Below, one piece after another: positions 32,786 through 41,988 of a stretch of DNA of 64,000 bases. The position numbers were made by a program, and so were the translations under genes. The DNA is from Candidatus Woesearchaeota archaeon (GTDB taxonomy: Archaea; Nanobdellota; Nanobdellia; Woesearchaeales; WAPY01). The stretch lies in the NCBI GenBank assembly GCA_049700835.1, contig JBNAUL010000001.1:308043-372042 (forward strand). The letters run 5' to 3'. A model generated the notes under the pieces. It made no database searches, was not told where the DNA came from, and saw only the letters and a program-made list of their open reading frames with translations. How positions within the stretch are numbered: position 1 is the stretch's first letter; each line of letters begins with the position of its first letter.

Positions 32786-32912
32786 AAAAAACAAGAAAAC
32801 AAAAAACAATAAAAAACTTTTGAAATTTCATAAAACATTCGCAAAACAAAATTTAAATTAAAATATTATAAAAACTTTTTTAAACAAAACAAGAATAATA
32901 AAATATGAAATT

Positions 32913-34919
32913 ATGAGCAAACAAAAAACAAACAAAAACAAGCAGGAAAATAAATCAACAAAAAATGCTCTTAAAAAAATAATTTTTGTAAGTTACTTTA
33001 TTGAAACTTTAATCATAATCTTCTTTTTCAATCCATTATTAGTTTCAGGAGTAACAACAACCTTCTCTAATAATCAAATTACATCTCTATCTTTAGCAGC
33101 CTTAACAAGAAACACTTTTGTTGTTGCTTATTGTGATGATACTAATAATAGGGTTGCTTTTAGGGTTTATAATACTAATGGTAGTTTGGTTTCTGGTGAG
33201 GTTGTTGTTGATTCTAGTTTGGCTGTTAGTGCTTGTGATTATACTAGTGTTTCTGTTTCTGCTTTTAATAGTTCTCATTTTGTTGTTGGTTGGGTTGATA
33301 GTGGTAGTTCTTATGTTAGTTTTGAGGTTTTTGATGTTTTTGGTAATGTTTTTGGTAGTAGGGTTGATGTTGATACTACTGCTGGTACTTCTAGGAGTGT
33401 TTCTGTTTCTGCTTTTAATAGTTCTCATTTTGTTGTTGGTTGGTATGATCAGCCTGATGCTGATGCTACTTTTAGAGTTTATACTAGTTCTGGTAGTGCT
33501 GTTACTAATGCTATTGATGTTGATACTAATGCTGGTACTTGTAATGCTGTTAGTGTTTCTGCTTTGGATAATGTTAATTTTGTTTTTGGTTATTATGATA
33601 TGGCTTCTTCTGATGTTACTTTTAGGACTTATACTAGTTCTGGTGGTGCTGTTAGTGCTATTACTGATGTTGATACTGATGCTGGTGTTGGTTCTTTTAG
33701 TGTTTCTGTTTCTGGTGTTAATAGTTCTCATTTTGTTATTGGTTGGTTTGATCAAACTTCTGGTTATGTTAGGTTTAGGTTGTATTCTGTTTATGGAACT
33801 ATTGTTGGCACTGAGGTTGTTCCTGATACTGCTGTTGGAACAACAGCATCAGGAGTAATGGTATCAACAGGAGCGAGTTCAAACCAAAAAATAATCTTTT
33901 CATGGCATGACACAACAACAGATGTTGGAGTTGCTTTAAGAACTTACAACCTTGATTTAACTCAATATTCAAGCGAAATTCCAGTGCAAAGCAATTCATT
34001 AAGATACAACGCTTTAACAGGTTATCATCCTGCAACAGGAATTAGAATTTGTGATGGAAATTTTGTAATAGCAGTTGTAAATTCAACAACCCAAGCATTC
34101 TTCAGAACTTATTATGCGAATGGAACAGAATGGAATGGAACATGCTCTAATTCAGCGCCAAACATAACAAAAATTTATATAGATGACGAGATAACAAACC
34201 CTAGTGGGGAGATTGATTTAACAGCAGGAAGTTCAAAAATAGTTTATTGCAATGGAACAATAAGCGATTTAGAAGGTTATGATGATATAAAGAATGTTTC
34301 AGCAGTTCTGTATGCTTCTGGAAGCGGAGTTTTGCCAACTGATTCTGAGAACAACAACACGCTTTACAAAAATAACACTTGCTCTCTATCATCAGGGTTT
34401 GAAACAACAAAGAAGAACTTTAGTTGCGCTTTTAATGTTTTGTACTATGCTAATAATGGAACTTGGACATGCAATGCAACAACATATGATAATAGCAATG
34501 CTTATTCAAGTTCAACAAACACTACAAAAATAAATATTTTGGTTGCTTTGAATGTTTCAAATGCAATAATAGATTATGGAATCTTGGGTCCAGGAGAAAC
34601 AAGCCCTTCATCTTCCCAACTAACAATAACAAACCTTGGTAACATAAAAATTGATTTAGTGCTTAACGGCACAAACATGAGTTGCAATCCTATTGGTTCA
34701 ATCTTTGTTGAGAACCAACACTACAATATTACAGGAACAGACCAAAGCTATGATTTAATGAGAGCTTTAACATTAACTCCTTTCACAGCAACAGACTTTG
34801 ATTTAGATAAGAGAGTAACAGCAGAATCAACAAGAACAACATATTGGCGCATAAGAATACCTGCAGGAGTAAAAGGATTTTGCCAAGGAAACATAACTTT
34901 AGCCGTGCAAGCAGGATAA
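32913..34919 (+). CDS. Secreted adhesin-like protein: beta-propeller module plus family B Ig/pilin-like domains
   Basis: Signal/TM, propeller shared with giant protein 2, ending YWRIRIPAGVKGFCQGNITLAVQAG. Confidence 0.85.
   Translation: MSKQKTNKNKQENKSTKNALKKIIFVSYFIETLIIIFFFNPLLVSGVTTTFSNNQITSLSLAALTRNTFVVAYCDDTNNRVAFRVYNTNGSLVSGEVVVDSSLAVSACDYTSVSVSAFNSSHFVVGWVDSGSSYVSFEVFDVFGNVFGSRVDVDTTAGTSRSVSVSAFNSSHFVVGWYDQPDADATFRVYTSSGSAVTNAIDVDTNAGTCNAVSVSALDNVNFVFGYYDMASSDVTFRTYTSSGGAVSAITDVDTDAGVGSFSVSVSGVNSSHFVIGWFDQTSGYVRFRLYSVYGTIVGTEVVPDTAVGTTASGVMVSTGASSNQKIIFSWHDTTTDVGVALRTYNLDLTQYSSEIPVQSNSLRYNALTGYHPATGIRICDGNFVIAVVNSTTQAFFRTYYANGTEWNGTCSNSAPNITKIYIDDEITNPSGEIDLTAGSSKIVYCNGTISDLEGYDDIKNVSAVLYASGSGVLPTDSENNNTLYKNNTCSLSSGFETTKKNFSCAFNVLYYANNGTWTCNATTYDNSNAYSSSTNTTKINILVALNVSNAIIDYGILGPGETSPSSSQLTITNLGNIKIDLVLNGTNMSCNPIGSIFVENQHYNITGTDQSYDLMRALTLTPFTATDFDLDKRVTAESTRTTYWRIRIPAGVKGFCQGNITLAVQAG
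33114..33860 (+). repeat. 747-bp T/G-wobble beta-propeller module, copy 2
   Basis: Offset 13896 from 19218-19964. Confidence 0.95.
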
Positions 34920-35132
34920 TATCAAAATGAAAACTCAAAAATAAAAATTAAAACAAAAATCAAAAACAAGATCAAAAAGAAAGGTTTATAATTAAAAAAA
35001 ATTAATTGCTTTAAACAAGCATCAAAAATTAAGAATATAGAAATATAAAAAATATAAAAATAAATATCATTGAGAGTTGCTGACAAGCAAATAAAAAGAA
35101 AATAAAAACAGGACGAAAGCAAGGAAGCAAAA

Positions 35133-36341
35133 ATGGAATCAAGAATAAGTATTTTCAAACAAATTCGGTTCATTAAACTTTTTATTATAGTTTTTTTGCT
35201 GATCTCTTTAAATTCTGAAATCATAACAGCGAACATTGGAGTAAGTCCAGGAGTTCTTGTTTTTGAAAAAATGCTAAGAAACGGATTTCAGCAGAAAACA
35301 TTAACTATAACTTCTTTGTCAGATGTCTCAACAGTAGTTGTTGAGAAGTACGGCTATATAAAAGATTGGATAAATATAACGAACACAACCTTCAACATAA
35401 CCTCTCAGAACCCGTATTATTTAAAAATCATCATAATAACTCCTCCTGATGCAGCAACAGGAAACTATACTGGTTATTTATTAATTAAGAAAATACCAAC
35501 TCCTGCTGGAAAGAACACAACAGCATCAGCAATAATTATGAGCATTCAGATACCAATAACAGTAGAAGTTATTGGAGAGGAAATAAAGAGTTGTTTTGCA
35601 AATTCGTTTTCAATAAAGAATTCTGAAATTGGAAGGAACACTAAACTGAACCTTCGCTTAACAAACACAGGCAATGTCAGATTATCTCCAAGAATGAACT
35701 ATGCTATTTGGGATAAAGAACAAACAAGAATATTGATTAATAACACTCTTTTTGCTGATGAAATTCTTCCAAGTTTAGAAGCAAATCTTGAAGTTGAAAT
35801 TCAGACAAGCAATTTAAGTTTAGGACAATACTGGATTGACATTACGCTTCCTGATTGCGGAGTTTCAAAATTATTGACATTTGATGTTTTAGAAAAAGGA
35901 GCGCTAAGCACCAGTGGGAGATTGCTTAGAATAGAAAATCCTGTTTGGGCAAATGTTGGACAAACAATAAGCATAAAGGCAGTGTTTGAGAACAATGGAG
36001 AACAAGATGCTAATGCAAGGTTTAAGGGAAAAATAGAGTTAGAAGGTTCGGTAATAGATCTGCTTGAATCAGAAGAACTCTTGGTAAAACAAGGAGAAAC
36101 AACATACTTTGAGATGTTCTTCAAACCAAAACAAGAAGGAAGGTATATTATAAGCGGAGTTGTTTATTATGCTAATAAAAAAACAGAGGAAACTTTCAGC
36201 GTTTTGAATGTCAAGCCAAAGCAAAGATTTAATTGGATGCTAATAATTTACATAATTCTGATTTTGATAATATTGCTGCTCTTGGCAATAATCAAAAAGA
36301 AGAAAAAAAGGAAATTTAGATATATTTACAGATTCAGATAG
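35133..36341 (+). CDS. Membrane-anchored multi-Ig protein resembling WxL-interacting (DUF916/DUF3324-like) proteins in architecture
   Basis: Signal peptide, IGVSP start, SIQIPITVEV strand, TNTGNV and ENNGE motifs, C-terminal TM followed by KKKKKRK. Confidence 0.65.
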   Translation: MESRISIFKQIRFIKLFIIVFLLISLNSEIITANIGVSPGVLVFEKMLRNGFQQKTLTITSLSDVSTVVVEKYGYIKDWINITNTTFNITSQNPYYLKIIIITPPDAATGNYTGYLLIKKIPTPAGKNTTASAIIMSIQIPITVEVIGEEIKSCFANSFSIKNSEIGRNTKLNLRLTNTGNVRLSPRMNYAIWDKEQTRILINNTLFADEILPSLEANLEVEIQTSNLSLGQYWIDITLPDCGVSKLLTFDVLEKGALSTSGRLLRIENPVWANVGQTISIKAVFENNGEQDANARFKGKIELEGSVIDLLESEELLVKQGETTYFEMFFKPKQEGRYIISGVVYYANKKTEETFSVLNVKPKQRFNWMLIIYIILILIILLLLAIIKKKKKRKFRYIYRFR

Positions 36342-36451
36342 AATTTAAAACAATCCAAGAATTTAAGATTTTAAAACATGGCTAAAAAAGATTTAAACAA
36401 AAAAAGAGTTAAACTAACAAAAAAACAATAAAAGAACAATCTTAGACAAGC

Positions 36452-38143
36452 ATGCAAAAAACACAATTTGAATTGGCAATAATTGTGCTGTCTTTGTTTG
36501 CAGCAGGAATCTTAAGCTTGTTCTTAATGAAGCCAAGCTTAGTTGGGTTTATAATCTCATCAACGAACATAATTGATGTTCCGCCTAACAAAACAATGCT
36601 CTATTACCCTGAAAACGATTCTTTAGTTTTTGATAATCCTCTATTATTAAAATGGCATAAAACAGAGGAACTCAATAACGATCCAGTGGTTTATGACTTG
36701 TTGTTAAGCAATGATTCTGATTTTAATAATTTATTGATAAACGAGACAAGCATTGAAGGAACAAATGAGAGCAATGGAACAATAATCTCTTATGAAGTAT
36801 CAGTTCCTTTAGAAAAGAAACATTATTATTGGAAGGCAAGGGCCTTTGACGGGAATTTTTATGGAGAATACTCTGATATTTGGCGCTTTAAGTATTGTTA
36901 TGGAAACAATCCTCCTGTTATAGAACCAATAGGAAGCCAAAGCGTCACATACGGAGAATACTTTTACTATAAAGTCATTTTTTCAGATCCTGACAACGAC
37001 CAATTAAACATAACTGATAACACAGAACTTTTTGATATAACGCAAAACGGAGTGATAAGTTTTATAGCAACTTCAAAGCCAGGAAGCTATGTTGTAACAA
37101 TAATAGTTGATGACGGGTGTAACATAACTCACGACATTTTTACTCTTACAATTCTTCCAAGAGAAGAAGAACAGCCGCCAAGCGGAGGTGGAGGTGGTGG
37201 AGGAGGTGGTGGAGGAGGTGCTGGAGGAGGAACAACAGGACCTTCTGTTCAGGTGTACTATCCTCCTGCCAAAAAGGAAGAAAAAAAGGAAAACATAAGC
37301 GAAGAAGCAAAGGAACTGCTCACAGAAGAAGAAAAGAGATTGTTCAACAAAATAACAATAATCTACCTTGGAGATTTAGATTTAACTCCAAAAATAGATT
37401 TTGAAATGTACGAGGGACCTGTTTGGTTCTTTACATACTACAAAAAGAACTATTTCATGACATATACAAAAATGACAAACACCAGTTTTTACATAGCATT
37501 CTTTGACGGCCCAGGAGTTCTTTTTAGAAAACCTTCAAGCGCAAGTTTGAACATTGATGAAGATTCCTTAGAAGACATACTCATAACTTACTGCAACTCA
37601 AGTTTTGAAAATTCATCTATGAGTATAGAAGCAATAAAAAAGAAAGAGGTTGAAAAACCAAAGTTCATCATAACAGCAGCAACATTCAGAGTTGGGTTTT
37701 TAATAATACTAATAATATTAGGAATTTTATTATTGCTCCTTCTGTTAAAATTCCTTTTGAGGAGAAAGGGATTGAAATTCAAGAAGATTGTAACAAGAAT
37801 AGAGGAAGATGTTTATGAAGTTAAGATTATTTTAGAGAATTATCTTAAAACAAACATGGAGGAAATAACTCTTCAGGATGCTTATCCTGCTGATGCTGAA
37901 ACCTCAGAAATAAAGGTTTATTCAGAAGCAAAGAAGGAGATACAAGAAGAGTTGTTTGAAGACAAAAACCTGAAAATTGTTAAATGGCGCATAAATGATT
38001 TGAAAGTAGGAGAAAAACTGATGTTCTATTATGCTCTGAAAACAAAGAAAAAACTGCTTGCTCTTAAGGGCATAAGGGCTGAGCTAAGCTATAAGATAAA
38101 ACTCCTAGATTCTTACCTAAACTTCATTAAAAAGAGTTCTTAG
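36452..38143 (+). CDS. Membrane protein: FN3/Ig-like domains, poly-Gly linker, TM, post-TM beta domain
   Basis: YYWKARAFDG, NNPPVI...DPDND, SGGGGGGGGGGGAGGG, hydrophobic FLIILIILGILLLLLLL. Confidence 0.75.
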   Translation: MQKTQFELAIIVLSLFAAGILSLFLMKPSLVGFIISSTNIIDVPPNKTMLYYPENDSLVFDNPLLLKWHKTEELNNDPVVYDLLLSNDSDFNNLLINETSIEGTNESNGTIISYEVSVPLEKKHYYWKARAFDGNFYGEYSDIWRFKYCYGNNPPVIEPIGSQSVTYGEYFYYKVIFSDPDNDQLNITDNTELFDITQNGVISFIATSKPGSYVVTIIVDDGCNITHDIFTLTILPREEEQPPSGGGGGGGGGGGGAGGGTTGPSVQVYYPPAKKEEKKENISEEAKELLTEEEKRLFNKITIIYLGDLDLTPKIDFEMYEGPVWFFTYYKKNYFMTYTKMTNTSFYIAFFDGPGVLFRKPSSASLNIDEDSLEDILITYCNSSFENSSMSIEAIKKKEVEKPKFIITAATFRVGFLIILIILGILLLLLLLKFLLRRKGLKFKKIVTRIEEDVYEVKIILENYLKTNMEEITLQDAYPADAETSEIKVYSEAKKEIQEELFEDKNLKIVKWRINDLKVGEKLMFYYALKTKKKLLALKGIRAELSYKIKLLDSYLNFIKKSS

Positions 38144-38496
38144 AGCTTAGTGCTTTGCCATTGCTTTCCTGTTTTTCATTCAGCAACAGTCTAGCAAATT
38201 TTATAAAAAATTCTTTTGCACCTCTTAAAATTATGAATTTTTATAATAAAAATATTTTAATATAAAAATATTTATTATATTAAAATTAACTAATTAATAA
38301 AAATCAATTAAAAATTTAAATATAAAATTAATTATAATATTTTAGTAATATTATTTTAAAAAATAGAAAAGTATTTAAATAACTAAAATAATAAAAATTC
38401 ATTATTGTCTAAGCATAAAACAAAAGAAATTTGCAAACCTGTTTGTTTTGTTTTTTCAGGGATCAACAGCTCTCATTAACAACGCAGAGGAACTTT

Positions 38497-38676
38497 ATGA
38501 AGAGGGTAAACATCCCATTAAAAGATGAAATTCATCAAAAGGCAAAAATAATTTCTGTTCTAAAAAATATTACTCTTAACGAATATTTGCAAAAGGCAAT
38601 AGAAGAAGCCATAGCAAAGGATGAAGGCATTCTCTTAAAAATAGATAAACTCAAGGATAAGAAGAATGAAAAATGA
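38497..38676 (+). CDS. Ribbon-helix-helix DNA-binding protein
   Basis: GAGG RBS then MKRVNIPLKDEIHQKAKIISVLKNITLNEYLQKAIEE. Confidence 0.75.
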   Translation: MKRVNIPLKDEIHQKAKIISVLKNITLNEYLQKAIEEAIAKDEGILLKIDKLKDKKNEK

Positions 38677-41600
38677 GTACAAAACATTCCTGGGAAAAAG
38701 AGGCACGCGCTTTAAAAGGAGTTATGAAAAATGGTTATTTCCAAATGCAAAAAATTACAAAAATTACTCACAAATCACGCTCACACAAGCAGGCAAACAA
38801 GCAAGCAAGCGAGCACCTTTTATTCAAGGTCCTTCAGGACACAGCACAAGCAGGCTTTGGGATGAAACGATCTTGTTCTGAATCTTTTTCAGACACCCCC
38901 AATCCAAAAGTTCATCCCGAGAAAACAAGCAAACAGCTTAACAGCCCTGCTGTGCTGTTTTTTGTTTTTTTGATTTCAGTATTCTTGGTGCAAGAAAGCA
39001 CAACAGTTTCTGCAGCCAACATAAACATAATAAGCCCAATAAGCCAGCAGATGCTAAACTATGGCTTAAACTATGTTAACTTCATAATAAACTCAAACGA
39101 AACATTCAACGGTTATGTTTTATACAATCTCACGAGCAATTTGATTCCAAACGAGATGAATTTCACCTTTGAGGAAAGCGATTTTGAGAATTTAAGCAGC
39201 CAATTGCAAATAATAAATCATACTTTCTTGATAAATGCCACTTCAGCAGGGTATTATAGGATTGAAGCAATCCTATACAAAAACGGCATATTCGAAAATA
39301 GGGATTACACAGAAGGGACAGTTTTCTTTGACAACAAACCACCTGTAATCCTGAATAAAAGTCCTAGCGGAAAGCTAAACAATTTCAATGTAATCCTCAA
39401 ATTAACAACAGATGAAAATTCCAATTGCAGTTTTAGTGATGATAATGAAACATGGATTTTAATGTTAGGCAATGAAAAGGAACACAGTTACAACTTAACC
39501 TCTAAATTAGAATCCGAAGGAGATGGTGATTATTTTTATTACCTCTTATGCCAGGATAATTTTGGAAACAAGGCATCTTCAACAATCAATTTTTCAATAG
39601 ACACAACTCCTCCGGAAATAATAAACTCTGAACCTTTGAACCTTGCACTTGTAAACAACAACGATGTTCTGATAAAAATAACAACTGATGAGAACTCTGT
39701 TTGCAGATATAGCTCTGAAAACACAAATTTTCAATCAATGAACCAAATGAGTGATTTAAAAACAACGCACACCATAAACCTAAATTTAGAGGATAAGGAA
39801 TATACTTACTATTTCTTATGCAAGGACTTAGTTGAAAATCTTATACAAGAACCATTTGTTTTAAAATTCACCGTAGATACTCCCCCAAAAGCAGAAGTAA
39901 TCTTTAAGGACAGAATAAGTTATGGAACATTTGATGTTACAGTCAGAACAAGTGAGGAAGTAAGAAACATAACATTTGCCTATGTTCTGAGTTCAGCACC
40001 TTCCAACACCATAATAGTTCCTCTTACAGGTTCTGGAAGGGAATACAAGGGTTTTGTTTTGATAGAAGAGGATGCAGGAGAACAAATTGGTTCATTCTAT
40101 GTTTGGATGGAAGATTACAAGGGAAACAAAGGAACAGAGATAACATCAGGTAATATATTCATAGTTGATACAATCGCTCCCAAAAAGATAAGCGTGTTCA
40201 AAGCAACTCCTGCAGCAAACTCTGCAAGGTTGTCATGGTATTCCGAAGACAAGGACATTTCCTATTACAACATCTACCGTTCAGAAAATCCAGGGCTCAC
40301 AGAATTGGACTATTACACAAAAACAACAAACGATTATTTCATCGACTCCATCGCAAACCCACATTATTATGCTGTAAGAGCTGTTGACAAGGCAGGCAAC
40401 ATAGGTGCTTTTTCAGAGGAATTGTATGTTGAACCTTTAAAGCAGGCAAATAAAATTGCAGTGAGCCAGCAGAGTTTAAACAGGATAGCGGATAAATTGA
40501 GAGAACTTCAGGACATTCGCGAAAAGATAACTGGTTATGAAGATATACTAAACTCAAAATTAGAAAATGAAAGGCGTCTCATGAATATTTTTGGAACAAC
40601 GCAGAAGATTGAATCTGCAAAATCTCAAATAGAACAGCTCATAGAGCAGACAAACTCTTTAAAGGAATCATCATTGTCAGATGATGATGTTCTTTCTGAA
40701 CTCCAAAAAACAAGCCTGAAAGCAAAATCGTTGCTTAGTACAGCTCCTAAAGATTTTCAGATTATTGAAGAAAAGAGCATTGAACAAGTAAGGAATTATG
40801 AGGATGTTGTTTATGCTTATAAAAAGATTTTTGGGGATGAAAATAAGGCAAGGATTGACGAAGCAATCTCAAAGACAAAAAACCTAAACATAGAGACAAA
40901 GATTGTTTCTGCTAAAATAACCTACGAGAACAACTATGAGGAAAAAACGCTTATAGAAGAAGTGATTTCAAGCGATGAAAAAATTGGAAAATCTTTCATA
41001 ATAGAGATAATTCCAAAAGAGATAGCAGAATCTACATCTGAAATATCATTCCTGCAGAACAACTATCAAATAATAGAGAATGATCCTGTAATAAAGTTTG
41101 ATTTCTCTGACTTTAACAATGCAAAAATATCTTATGTTCTGAACAAGAGAATATATTTTGACAAAGCAGAAAAGATAAGGACAATAGTGCTTTTCCCAGA
41201 AACAACTGAAACAGAGAAAGCCTCAAAGCTTACAGGACTAATGACATTCAACATCTCAACCCTGAGAAACTACAGCATTGACATAGGAATTGTTATTGGA
41301 ATTATAATCATAATATTTCTTTTGATATACTATTTGAACATGGATTCAAGCCAAACAACTATTTCAAAATACGACAGAACCCTGCCAAGAACCTTATTAG
41401 GAGAGAAAGAACAGATAAGCAGGGAACATAGGAACATGCATTCAACAATTTCAGCGCAGTATGCTCAGCATGCGCAGCATGTTCAACATGCAAAAACTGC
41501 TTACAATACAGGCACTACAGCAGGCATTACAGAAATAACTAAGCAAAGTAAAGTTCAAACGCATCAAGAAATTGAAGAACAAGGCAGATTGAGATTTGAC

Positions 41601-41966
41601 AGTTTTGAAGAGATAAAAAATTCCATAACAACGGCAAACAAGGAAATTGACAACTTAAGTTTTGACTCTTCAAACAGGATTTACGCGCAGCTTAATTCCC
41701 TTGCATTCAATAACCTTGAGCAGGATAAAATAAAAGTTATAAAGAGGGAGATGAACAACCTTCAAAACAAACTAACACTTTACTTAAAATTAGAGGAAGC
41801 GAAGCAGAGAGCAAAGAGCAATGAAAGAATACATTTAAAACAGGTATTAACCACTATTGAAGTTCTTTACAAATTGATAAAAAATTTTGAAAAGAATTCA
41901 AACACTCCATTGATGCAAACTGCAAAGCAAATCTACAACGCCTATCGTAGTGACAGGTTGGAATGA
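38673..41966 (+). CDS. Large membrane-anchored surface protein (Ig-like/FN3 repeats, coiled coil, TM, cytoplasmic helical tail); start uncertain
   Basis: D(N/T)xPP...TTDENSxC repeats, YYAVRAVDKAGN, TM IGIVIGIIIIIFLLIYY. Confidence 0.75.
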   Translation: MSTKHSWEKEARALKGVMKNGYFQMQKITKITHKSRSHKQANKQASEHLLFKVLQDTAQAGFGMKRSCSESFSDTPNPKVHPEKTSKQLNSPAVLFFVFLISVFLVQESTTVSAANINIISPISQQMLNYGLNYVNFIINSNETFNGYVLYNLTSNLIPNEMNFTFEESDFENLSSQLQIINHTFLINATSAGYYRIEAILYKNGIFENRDYTEGTVFFDNKPPVILNKSPSGKLNNFNVILKLTTDENSNCSFSDDNETWILMLGNEKEHSYNLTSKLESEGDGDYFYYLLCQDNFGNKASSTINFSIDTTPPEIINSEPLNLALVNNNDVLIKITTDENSVCRYSSENTNFQSMNQMSDLKTTHTINLNLEDKEYTYYFLCKDLVENLIQEPFVLKFTVDTPPKAEVIFKDRISYGTFDVTVRTSEEVRNITFAYVLSSAPSNTIIVPLTGSGREYKGFVLIEEDAGEQIGSFYVWMEDYKGNKGTEITSGNIFIVDTIAPKKISVFKATPAANSARLSWYSEDKDISYYNIYRSENPGLTELDYYTKTTNDYFIDSIANPHYYAVRAVDKAGNIGAFSEELYVEPLKQANKIAVSQQSLNRIADKLRELQDIREKITGYEDILNSKLENERRLMNIFGTTQKIESAKSQIEQLIEQTNSLKESSLSDDDVLSELQKTSLKAKSLLSTAPKDFQIIEEKSIEQVRNYEDVVYAYKKIFGDENKARIDEAISKTKNLNIETKIVSAKITYENNYEEKTLIEEVISSDEKIGKSFIIEIIPKEIAESTSEISFLQNNYQIIENDPVIKFDFSDFNNAKISYVLNKRIYFDKAEKIRTIVLFPETTETEKASKLTGLMTFNISTLRNYSIDIGIVIGIIIIIFLLIYYLNMDSSQTTISKYDRTLPRTLLGEKEQISREHRNMHSTISAQYAQHAQHVQHAKTAYNTGTTAGITEITKQSKVQTHQEIEEQGRLRFDSFEEIKNSITTANKEIDNLSFDSSNRIYAQLNSLAFNNLEQDKIKVIKREMNNLQNKLTLYLKLEEAKQRAKSNERIHLKQVLTTIEVLYKLIKNFEKNSNTPLMQTAKQIYNAYRSDRLE

Positions 41967-41988
41967 GATTTTGACTTTATAAAACAAA

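Noticed and set aside
19218..33860. Canonical DGR template/variable repeat pair
   Set aside because: No RT in the window, both copies are in-frame coding and equally A-depleted, C is also depleted, and only one mismatch was seen. Kept only as a mechanistic analogy.
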